Positions 51,225 through 62,559 of a stretch of DNA of 64,000 bases are shown here, piece by piece. Origin of the DNA: Octopus sinensis (Eukaryota); NCBI RefSeq assembly GCF_006345805.1, contig NC_043004.1, positions 82,336,001 to 82,400,000 of the forward strand. The letters are read 5' to 3'. Position numbers and translations under genes: made by a program. Below the pieces are notes generated by a model. That model searched no databases and was not told the DNA's origin. It saw nothing but the letters and a program-made list of their open reading frames with translations. Within the stretch, counting starts at the first letter, position 1, and every line of letters begins with the position of its first letter.

Positions 51225-51662
51225 GGATCTTTTCGGTTTGAACGGCAGTTTTTAAAAATAATTTCCACGTAACTAAACACTTTTAAACTTCGTATACTGG
51301 TAGAATGTGTTTATAAAACATCTTTTTCTCTTGGCTTATTGAGAAAATTCTATTGTTTGTAAGATATGTGTTGGTTTTTCTTCAATTTCTGCAATTTCAA
51401 CCAATAAACGACGTCTATTGAGGTGAAAACATTCTGTGCCGCATGAATATTCCCTCGTTTAAGAAACAGATTGGGTTTATTTACATTTGGGAAGAAAAAA
51501 AGATACCCTTCCCCCACCCCTAACCCTAACTGTAACTAACCTTAACTAACCCTAACCCTAAAACAGATTGAAATGCAATAGGTCGATACTAGGGTCATAA
51601 TTATGGGTGACAATTTCATATGACACCGCTAGAAAAAACTGCCGTTCAAACCGAAAAGATCC
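51225..51662. mobile_element. Second copy of the Merlin-like MITE, opposite orientation
   Basis: Same TIRs, with perfect TSD GCATTCAG at 51217-51224 and 51663-51670. Confidence 0.9.
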
Positions 51663-51732
51663 GCATTCAGTGGTTGATATCAGAAACAATTCATTCTTAG
51701 CTCTCTGGTAAGTCCTACTTATCTATATAATG

Positions 51733-52290
51733 CAGTGGTTATTAGCTGGGGTCGCTGTGGCCCCTAAGATTCCATAGAAGGTTTTTTGGAGTCCATACAA
51801 CTAAATAATACGATAATATTTTAAGGATCCCTGAGAAGATTTTGCTTTAGATATATGTATTGGTATGTATTGCAAGAAACAGTCAGTTTTCATTCCGTGA
51901 CATTTTACATAATTCACCTACACAAGTTAATGTGTGAAAAACAAAATAGGAATTTTAAAACAATTTCTATAAAACTAGTTTTTAACCATCGAATTGCAAT
52001 GGGGTCCACTAGAATAAAATAGTAATGAAAGGGGTCCATTGATAAAACATGGTTGCCAACACCTGCTTTAGATTTATGTAGGCGTATGCACTACAAGAAA
52101 CAGCTAGTTTTCTTCCTCTAACATTTTAATCGTTTAACATGCAAAAGTTAACGTGTGAAAAACAAAATGGTAATCTTGAAAGAAATTTCTAAAAAACTAG
52201 TTTTTAATCAGCAAATGGCTATGGGGGGGTCCACCGGAATAAAATAGTAATCAGTAGGGTCGATAGACAAAAAATTGAGAGCACCTGATC
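51733..52290 (+). mobile_element. hAT (Charlie-like) MITE plus partial duplicate
   Basis: CAGTGGTT..GGTTGCCAACACCTG ends. Homologous to 56291-56628. No TSD seen. Confidence 0.55.
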
Positions 52291-52648
52291 TTATGATTAT
52301 TACAGTAAAACTGTTTTACTTTATTGTGGAACTAGAAGTTATGAAAGAGTAATTTGGCCAGGTTTGCTTTAATTTAATGTGTATTTCATAAACTGTGTTA
52401 AATAGATTATTCTGTATAGTTCGTGATGATAGTCATGATTTACGATGAAAACGCATACGCACATAATAGCGGTGCTCTAGCATGGCCACCATTTGCAGGC
52501 CCGTAGTGGTAAAAGAGTAAAAGTACATATATACAGCGTGTCTTATGTCCATACATACATGCATACATACATATATATATATATATATATTATATAATAT
52601 ATATATATATATATTATATAGATAATTTATATATAGAGAGAGAGATAG

Positions 52649-52681
<33 letters not shown>

Positions 52682-52935
52682 AGAGAGAGAGATAGATAGA
52701 TATAGAGATGTGTGTGAATCTGTCAATCTATACATACATACATACATACATACAAATACATGAATACATAGGTATTACACACACACACAAACACGTACAC
52801 ACACACACAAACACACACACACATACACATATATATATGCACATTTTCACAGGCATAAATATATATACATACATGCATTTAAATATCTATTTGCTTGTGT
52901 ATGCATGAAATATGATTACATATACATAGATACAC

Positions 52936-52969
<34 letters not shown>

Positions 52970-53586
52970 GCCCGTGTGTGATATACACATATACGTATAT
53001 ACAACACACACATGTATATATATATATATATGAGTGTGTGAATGTGTGTGCATGTGTGTTACTCTGTGTGCCTGTTTGTGTGTGCGTGTGTTTGTAAACA
53101 CGTTAATTAAATAACGGCATAATATACCGGTACCATCCATACCAATGGTTAGCGTTATCTTTCCTTCACAGTTCATAAGTAATGTTACACTTCTAGGGAC
53201 TCACTCTTATATGTCACACTTCTACGACCTCGCTTCTCAGGAGGATGTTCGATTTTTCTCTGAGACAGAAATATTTTGCCATTTATCTATAAATATATTT
53301 GTGCAACAAACATTATATATTGAGGTATATTAGAGGAATTTCAAAGTTGGTCACATTCTTTTTCATTATACCGATCTATATAAACAAACTCTACCCATAG
53401 TTCTCACAGACCCTCAGAGACCAACATAGATGGTAATTGTTGCTCCTCCTGAACAAATTTATTTCGATGGGATACCATATATACCAGAAAATTTTTTCCG
53501 AGAGCCGGCATTCTATGCAGGAGAAAGGAGGTATGTGTAGCGGTTTGAATCTGGCATGAGATGATGCACACGATCTAAGTTATATA

Positions 53587-53975
53587 CTTGTTTCAGTCAT
53601 GTGACTGTGGCCATGCTGGAGCACCGCCTTTAGTCGAGCAAATCGAACCCAGGACTTGTTTTTTTGTAAGCCTAGTACTTATGCTATCGGTCTATTTTGC
53701 CGAACCGCTAAGTTACGAGGACGTAAACACACCAGCATCGGTTGTCAAGCGATGTTGGGGGACAAACACAGACACACAAGCATATAGACATACATATATA
53801 TATACATATATACGACGGGCTACTTTCAGTTTCTGTCTACCAAATCGACTCACAAGGCTTTGGTCGGCCCGGGGCTATAGTAGAAGACACTTGCCCAACG
53901 TGCCACGCAATAGGACCAAACCCAGAACCATGTGGTTGGTAAGCAAGCTACTTACCACACAGCCACTCCTACGCC
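53587..53975 (-). mobile_element. SINE family A, full length
   Basis: Reverse complement of 48880-49277. Confidence 0.9.
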
Positions 53976-54032
53976 TATACATACATACATACATACATAC
54001 ATACATACATACATACATACACACACGCGCAC

Positions 54033-54078
<46 letters not shown>

Positions 54079-54253
54079 TGATATATGTACAAATCTTTAG
54101 TTAATATATTGAATGAGAATATTATATACTGATTTATATGAGTGCACTATTGTATCAATATTAATACTATAAAAGTATTAAGATATTTAATACGAGCACA
54201 TATATATATATATATTATATATATATATATATTATATATATATATATATATAG

Positions 54254-54315
<62 letters not shown>

Positions 54316-54368
54316 GTAAAATAATATGTGACAATTATTCAAGATAAAACTCTGTGTTTCGGATTTTA

Positions 54369-55168
54369 GGAAATCAATATCAGAAAACTCCTCAGAAAGA
54401 TATACACGTGTGAAAAATAATTGTTGCATTAAAAATATATAAATAAATAAATATAAAAATGTGTTAAAAATATATATATATCCTAAAGATAAAGCTAAAT
54501 ATGGAACTTCGGAGGGCGGGAATAAGTTAAATATGCATAAGTATAAATATATAATATATATGACAGTTTAAAAGTTTTGAATTAAGTATTTAAACCATCT
54601 TACGATCGTTTTACAGAATATGAAATATATGAATTTCAAGATTCTCATACTAAAGTATATACAAATTTCACATGTCTAAACTAACTATATGAACTATATT
54701 TGAAATACAAGACAATATATCGGATTTTACATATGAATATTATGGATTATTGCAGAAGACTAACCAAGGAAGTATATATGGATTTAAAGACTCTCATCAA
54801 AAGCTGTAATTTTTAATTTTTAATTTATATTTCAAACAAACACCATTTTATAGTATTACTTGAAATTTAAAACAAAAAAACTCCCGTTCGATATGTTATA
54901 CACAATTCAAATTTTATATCCCTGAAAAGCAGAAGAGTTGTCCATAAATGCTTATCAATATAGGTATTCATTATAGAGACAACACTTCTGTGAAACGATC
55001 GTAAGATGCTTTAAATAATTAATTCAAAACTTTTAAACCGTCATATACATTATATATTTATACTTATACATATTCATATTTATTTATATATTTTTAATAC
55101 AACAATTATTTTTCACACGTGTATATCTTTCTGAGGAGTTTTCTGATATTGATTCCTTAATATTAATA
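54369..55168. repeat. About 800-bp fold-back element with imperfect long arms
   Basis: 54369-54465 pairs with 55075-55168, and 54560-54625 with 54990-55055. Confidence 0.8.
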
Positions 55169-55181
55169 ATAATATATTATT

Positions 55182-55556
55182 GGCTGTGGTTAGTAGCTTG
55201 CTAACCAACCGCATGGTTCCGGGTTCAGTCCCATGGCGTGGCATCTTGGGCAAGTGTCTTCTGCTATAGACCCGGGCCGACCAATGCCTTGGGAGTGGAT
55301 TTGGTAGACGGAAACTCAAAGAAGCCTGTCGTATATATGTATATATATGTATATGTATGTGTGTCTGTATTTGTCCCCCTAGCATTGCTTGACAACCGAT
55401 GCTGGTGTGTTTATGTCCCCGTCACTTAGCGGTTCGGCAAGAGACCGATAGAATAAGCACTGGGCTTACAAAGAATAAGGCCCGGGGTCGATTTGCTCGA
55501 TTAAAGGCGGTGCTCCAGCATGGCCGCAGTCAAATGACTGAAACAAGTAAAAGAGT
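55182..55556 (+). mobile_element. SINE family A
   Basis: Head-to-tail copy. Confidence 0.9.
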
Positions 55557-55599
55557 ATATATATTGTATCTCATATATTGATTTTGAATTTCGGCACAA

Positions 55600-55800
55600 G
55601 GCCTGGAACTTTGAGGGCGGGATTAATCGATTATATCGACCCCAGCAATCAAATTGTATTTAATTTATTGACCAGGAAAGGTTGAAAGGCAAAGTCAACC
55701 TGGGCGGTATTTGAACCCGGAAGGTGTAAAGAGACGAAAAGCCGTTAAGCAATTTGCCCCGCGTGCTAACGATTCCACCAGCTGGCTGCCATTGAAAAGA
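55600..55800 (-). mobile_element. SINE family B, diverged
   Basis: Reverse complement of the family B head and core. Confidence 0.7.
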
Positions 55801-56036
55801 GGAAGAAATGTTGTTTGGCATTTTGCCCGGTACACAAACGATTCAAAAATGTTTTAAGTTTACTGTGCGGTATAGAAACAACTCTGGATAAAGATAAATT
55901 TTCATCATAACATGACCTTGTCAGATAACCATAATTCTCAACGCAATCGTATAACTATTAATGCAACACATGCAACAATCCTTGAATAAATACAACTGAC
56001 TCTGCACCTCTTGGTCTCAGAAAGTGAATAACTTAA

Positions 56037-56270
56037 GGCGGCGAGCTGGCAGAAACGTCAGCACGCCGGGCGAAATGCTTAGCGGTATTTCGTCTGCCGC
56101 TACGTTCTGAGTTCGAATTCCACCGCGGTCGAAGTTGCCTTTCATCCTTTCGGAGTCGCTTGAATAAGTGCCACTTACACATTGGGGTCGATATAATCGA
56201 CTTAATCCGTTTGTCTGTCCTTGTTTGTCCCCTCTGTGTGTAGCCCATTGCGGGTAATAAAGAAATAAAA
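56037..56270 (+). mobile_element. SINE family B with target-site duplication
   Basis: AGAAAGTGAATAACTTA occurs both before (about 56019) and after (about 56273) the copy. Confidence 0.85.
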
Positions 56271-56290
56271 TAAGAAAGTGAATAACTTAG

Positions 56291-56628
56291 AGTAGTGGTT
56301 TTCAGCCGGGCCTGTATGACCTGAGGTGTGTCCGTATAAGAGTTTTGAGGGCTTACGCAAGCAAAATAATAAATTGGAGATAGATAGTGTTAATTTAAAA
56401 TGTCCATGAATAAATTTTGCATAAGATGCGTTTATTGCAGTAAACAGCTTTGTTACATTCTACATGATTCAACCTATACAAATTAATGTGTGAAAATCAA
56501 AATAAAAATTTTGAAAGAAAATTCTATAAAACGAGTTTTTAACCATCAAATTACGATGATGGTCTACCAGAATTAAATAGTAATTAAAGGGGCCATTAGA
56601 TTTTTTTAGAAATGGCTGAGAGCCACTA
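56291..56628 (+). mobile_element. hAT-like MITE
   Basis: TIR TAGTGGTTTTCAGCC / GGCTGAGAGCCACTA. Confidence 0.6.
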
Positions 56629-57599
56629 GATTAACGTGCAAAATGACTGATACATTCTCTACAATGTATTTACATTTATGCTAAAATGTTTAATGGATTC
56701 GACATGAAAAATCTAATCTAACCAAAATTGTTGATGCAATGAAGAGAGGTCAGTATTTGTAAAATGGAAAGCATTTCCATAAAACGTAAGATTTTATATA
56801 CATTTTAAATATAAATATTCGTTGTTTGATTTTTACCATTAGGATGTAACCAGTATTAAGTAATAATCAAAAAGTTTCAGTTTCCTTTCAATACGAAATA
56901 TTGTATATTTATTACATTGCCGCCATAGTTAAACAAGGCCTTTTAGAAGCTAACTCAATTAGATTTACAGCGTAGAAACACATGCGTCCTACGATACAAT
57001 GACGTATTTCACAGCCGCCAAAATAAATGTGTTTTCACACATATCTAGGTGGAAATCTTTTCTCGAGAATAGCATCGAAATGTCTTATACTAAAATGTTA
57101 AATATGGCATTTACCAAATTATACTTATTCATTGCTGATTATTGTTTTTTTTCAATTCTAGCTCGACCAATGTTTTAATTTCATCAACAAGAATCCTGTC
57201 AACTGTTTTTGTTGTAATCCTTTCGTTGGACTTTCATTGTAACGCTCACTCCAATATAGCAGCATAGTTATTAAGACAAGTAAGACCACAACTATCTATG
57301 ACCGTCTACTTTGTACTCTCTAACTATACTGATACTGACTGATAGTATTTATAATGACTAACACATACCACTCGTCACGTGGGAGGGCGTACCATTATTA
57401 TCATTATCTCCATAACATTTCCCTTTTTAATTCCCTTTTCGATTTATCTATCCATTTTTGGCCAGCACACGTAGCTACGCATTAAAGCTTTCAACCTAGA
57501 AATACTAGAATGTCCAACATGAAATTCCCTCAGCATTTTCTCTCTGCAACATCAGCGTGCCATCACAAACTGAGCAAAGGTTCACATATATATGTATGT

Positions 57600-57828
57600 A
57601 TGTGTCTGTGTTTGTGTGCATTTGTCCCCCATTAGCGTCGCTATAGTAGAAGACACTTGCTGGTTTGTTTATGTCCCCGTAACCTAGCGGTTCGGCAAAA
57701 AAAGACCGATGGAATAAGTACTAGGCTGACAAAGAATAAGTCCTGGGGTCGATTTGCTCTATTAAAGGCGGTCCTCCAGCATGGCCGCAATAAAATACCT
57801 GAAGCAAATAAAAGAATAAAAGAATAAT
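57600..57828 (+). mobile_element. SINE family A, 3' half
   Basis: Tail homology. Confidence 0.75.
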
Positions 57829-58489
57829 TAAATTTTATGCTTGATTAATTTGTAGTGAGTAGTGACCGTGTCCTTATGAAGAAATCCGAAATATAAACAC
57901 GATAAAATTGTACTTCTCACTATACGTATATATCCCTGTCAGTTGTATAATATTAATTTTACCTTAATGTAATCATATTGTATGCTGAATGCAAACCCAT
58001 TGTATAGATAATTAAATGTTTGTGTTTGATTAATTTTTAGGGGGTACTGACCACGTCCTAATGAAGTAATCCTAAATATAAACACAGATCATTACATTGT
58101 ACATAATTGGCTTCCCCTGAAGAAATTCGCGATTTATTTCCTTTAATTGAAATGCGTTTTTAAACTCACATGGCTTTATATTCAGTGTTATATTTTCGTT
58201 TTTAGAAAACTGCCATATTTATCAAATTCAACAGTATTTATCGTTGCCACACGACTTAATTTCTAATGCAGCGCCATCCATTCTGTTACCTCGAAACAAT
58301 TTCATATTTTCTATTTGATTAATATGAGATACTGTTATCAAAATGAAGAAATCATTATACCGTCAAACGCAAACAGAAGCTACGATATCAATCGATCTGC
58401 TAGAATTAATAGCCAAATCACCCTCAAATTACTTCTAAACACTCTTTAACAAACCACATCATGAATAACGTGATTTTACCAACATTGCA

Positions 58490-58900
58490 TATGAAAATCA
58501 AAATTTGAGGACAGAGTTATTGTTATGGAAACGGTTTCGTCTCAGACTGATCACAATTGCGGTTTCCCTTCTGTCGGCGAGTCACCGATAATCAATTTAT
58601 AGCCTGAATGCAATCAGCCGGTTATTGTTCTCAAAAATTTTCCACACCAGATTGATCATAAGTGCGACTCCTGCTCTATCAGTGTTTTACCGATAATCTC
58701 TTAATATGCTTAATACTCTCAGCCGATTATTGCAAATCGAACAGATTTCGTCTCAAAGTGATCATAATTATGTCTTCTACTGTATCATCTTGTCGTCCAT
58801 ATTCTCTTTGCATGCATAATGTCATTAGCCGGTTATTGTTATCGAGAAGCTTTTGGTTCCAACTGATCCCAATAATGGCGTCTGCTGTATCTGCGCATCG
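58490..58900. repeat. Ancient tandem repeat of about 105-120 bp, 4 units
   Basis: G(G/A)TTATTG..TGATC recurs at about 58497, 58620, 58725 and 58830. Confidence 0.7.
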
Positions 58901-59124
58901 CAAAACAAAGTCTAATCTGATCAGATTTTACAAATTCTTCTCCAGCATTCATTTGTGAAATTGCATTTTCAAATATGGCGTCATGAAAACACCAAAAGGC
59001 AAAAGTAGAAACAATGGCTTATGACGACATGAAGGTGTCCGTACTAAGCATTCAAGAAAATACTTCAGAACACTGCATTCTTAAAATAAAATTCATGCAT
59101 CTTACTACATTCATTCTTTAAATA

Positions 59125-59346
59125 CAAGGCGGTACTGAAAAGTTCCTGGCTTTAAGGGTATCACGAATTGATTTGTTGGGGACCCCGAACTTACGAGTTC
59201 TTTTCCAGAGCTTAAAAAAACCTGAAGGGCCACTGCAATAAGTGTGTGTGAATCTGAGAAAGGGAATATGTTGAATAAAGTCGTAATTAACTGATCCTCC
59301 TGTATTTTCTCTTACCCAAAACCAAGAACATTTCAGCACCACCTCC
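59125..59346 (+). mobile_element. Mariner-derived MITE
   Basis: TA-CAAGGCGGTACTGAAAAGTTCCTGG..CAAGAACATTTCAGCACCACCTCC-TA. Confidence 0.85.
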
Positions 59347-59431
59347 TACTGCGTGGAGTCTTAGGCAGATTCATTGTGAGTAAATTTGGTAGGCGGAAAC
59401 TGTGTGAAAGCCTTATACATATATATACTCA

Positions 59432-59625
59432 TTTACTTGTTTCAGTCATTTGACTGCGGCCATGCTGGAGCACCGCCTTTAGTCGAGCAAATCGATCCCA
59501 GGAATTATTCTTTGTAAGCATAGTACTTATTCTATTTGTCTCTTTTGCCAAACTGTTACGGGGACGTAAACACACCAACATCGGTTGTCAGGCAATAGTG
59601 GGAGACAAGCACAGACATAAACACA

Positions 59626-59658
<33 letters not shown>

Positions 59659-59860
59659 ATATATATATATATATATATCCATATATACATATATACGACG
59701 GACTTCTTCCAGTTTCCGTCTACCAGATCCATTCACAATGCTTTGGTCGGCCAAGGATATAGTAGAAGACACTTACCCAAAGGTGCCACGGAGTGGGACT
59801 GAACCCGGTTCAATGTGCTTGGTAAGCAAGTTACTTACCACACAGCCACTTCCTGCGCCT
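59432..59860 (-). mobile_element. SINE family A
   Basis: Full reverse copy. Confidence 0.85.
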
Positions 59861-59971
59861 ATATATACATAATACATACATACATACAACATACATACAT
59901 ACATACATACACACACATGTATATACATTTCAGGAGCCGCTTCTACATGTACACATATACATATGTATTTA

Positions 59972-60434
59972 TGAAGGGTTGCTGAAAAGTTCTTGACTCT
60001 AAGAGTGTCACGAAAGGCTTGGTTGGCGGCCCGACCTTCAGAGTTCTTTTACAGATCTTAGAAAACCTGAAGGACCACTGCAATAAGTGAGTGAAACGGA
60101 GTGAGGATTATACATTATTTATATTATTTACATTATTTACATTTGACAGATATTTGTCCTCACTCTCCAGCCTTCATCAGGTGTCTTGGGAAAATTTCGA
60201 ACCTGGGTTCTCACTCCTAGGGTATACAGCCGAAACGTTGTGTTAACAACAAACAAGATTAGGGCAAATATCCGTCGAATATAAATAACGTAAATAATAT
60301 AAATAATGTATATAATTCTTCATCTCTTATATATAGAACTATGGAGTGGGGGTTATGTTGAATGGAACCATAATTAACTGATCCTCCAGTATTTTCTTTT
60401 ACCAAACACCAAGAACTTCCTAAGCACCACCTCG
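59972..60434 (+). mobile_element. Mariner-derived MITE with rearranged H1 HHR-SINE inserted at about 60098-60342
   Basis: TIRs at both ends. The insert consists of inverted and direct H1 pieces. Confidence 0.8.
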
Positions 60435-60462
60435 TAGAAGTGCACATTCACATATGTATTTA

Positions 60463-60637
60463 TAAAGTGGTGCTGAAAATTTCCTAGCTTTAAGGGTGTC
60501 GCGAAAGGCCTCGCTGGAGACATTGACCTTCCGAGTTATTTTGGAAGACTTACAAAATCTGAAGGACTGCTACAACGATTGTGTGAATTTGAGAGAATAT
60601 ATTTAACCGGAGCCAGTCAATTTTCAGCACCCACAAG
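60463..60637 (+). mobile_element. Mariner-derived MITE, shortened
   Basis: GTGGTGCTGAAAATTTCCTAG..TTTTCAGCACCCAC. Confidence 0.75.
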
Positions 60638-60744
60638 TATAACTTTCGCGGTGCTTTTTTTTCACTTCTGCCCAACACTTTCAATGTCGTGGGTTCAAAC
60701 TCGCTGGAACCTAGTATATTGGTGCGGAATTGGCTTTGTGATTG

Positions 60745-61017
60745 AGAAGGTAACTTTACAACCACGACGTTCTGGGTTCAGTCCTACTGCGTGGCACCTT
60801 AGGCAGATGATTTGTGAGTAAATTTGATAGAGGGAAACTGTGAAAAAGCCTCATACATACATACATGCACAAACACAGACACACACACGCACATGTATAT
60901 TTACATACACACACATATATACAAAGAATAAGTCCTGGGGGTCGATTTGCTCGACTAAATGCAGTGCTCCTGCATGGCCACAGTCAAATGACTGAAACAA
61001 CTAAAAGAGTAAAGAGT
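60745..61017 (+). mobile_element. SINE family A, internally deleted
   Basis: Head and tail homology. Confidence 0.75.
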
Positions 61018-61461
61018 ATATATATATATAGTTGAGAAGTATTCTGTGAAGAGCGTATTAGAGTACAAAATAGAACTCGTTCACCATTAGAATTACCAGA
61101 TAGCCAGCAGTATTAGGGTATACTACCAATTCTAGGCTTTGGCATTCCTCGTGTGGGAAAAATAAAAAGGATCCAGTTGGATGTGATAGCATCGAAATCA
61201 AACATTTACTTACGGAGACAGCGATTTTATATCACCTGACGAAATACAACTAGGTCCTATTATACAGGTAAACCGTTAATTAATTTAAATCGAAATCCTG
61301 TATATATGTATGGATCTATGTTGTATCGAAACATGTGTAGTAGTCATGAAACAGCAGTCGAATCGTACTCCCTCTTACTTTTGACTCTTTTTATTCTTTC
61401 CTTTATACAAACATGCATAAACACAGACACACACACACACTCACACAGACACACACACACA

Positions 61462-61503
<42 letters not shown>

Positions 61504-61610
61504 GTATATATATGTATATATATAATAAGGGGAGAAATTGATATTAATCAATTAAAACCAGTGGCTTAGCATATTTAAAAGATCGGAAGATTAAAAATTG
61601 TGTTACATTT

Positions 61611-61864
61611 AAAATTAAGAGGAATGACCACTAAAGTGGACACCTAATATGCTAAACATAGACGTCAAATCGCGATTACCACGAAGAGCGTGTTCTCAAG
61701 AAAAATCTCAGCAAAACGTATATTTTCATTTGTCTTGCTCAATTTTAAATTTTGGCGTTTTGCTGAGATTTTTCTTGAGAACACACTCTTCGTGGTAATG
61801 GTGATTTGACTTCTATGTTTAGCATATTAGGTGTCCACTTTAGTGGTCATTCCTCTAAATTTTG
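61611..61864. repeat. Hairpin with about 108-bp arms and 37-nt loop
   Basis: 61611-61718 pairs with 61756-61864. Confidence 0.9.
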
Positions 61865-62287
61865 TATTTTACTCGTATTGTTTATATTTTAAATAATTAT
61901 TTACCCTTTTTTCTGTATTGTTGCCCTTAGCCGTTTTTTCTTGTGCATGTGCGTATATAGACATATGTATGAACCTTTTTGATGCGCGGGTGTGTAAGGG
62001 ATTGTATATATATATATATATTTTTTTGCGAATGGTGTGGGTGAGAATGTGTGTGTTTCAAGTGAGTGTGGATGAGTGTATACTTATAGGCGCATGTACG
62101 TGGGTGTGCGGGCGGGTATATGTAGGTATGGACACGCGAATACTATGAACATATTTACCTCCTTACTTTTACTTCCTCTCCTCACTTAGCGGTCATTCAA
62201 ATACCCCTTTTGTCTTAATAACGGTCAATCACACAGTAAGTTCCCATTGTTTAACTGTCATTTTCGTAGCATTTTTTCCGGTGGCCG

Positions 62288-62348
62288 GATAACTGAAGAG
62301 ATGGCGGCGTGTATTTCCACCCCGACATCCGAAACTCGGAGTTTTATC
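62288..62348 (+). ncRNA. Minimal hammerhead motif with one stem II irregularity
   Basis: GATAA CTGAAGA GATG..CATC C GAAA CTC G GAG TT TTATC. Confidence 0.6.
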
Positions 62349-62449
62349 ATGGCTACCGAATAAGTGTCACATATGGCATTTACAGATAAATCCTTTATTT
62401 ACATAATATCGAGGTCTCTTTCATTCTTTTGTTGTCTTACCATTTCTAT

Positions 62450-62547
<98 letters not shown>

Positions 62548-62559
62548 AATATATATATA

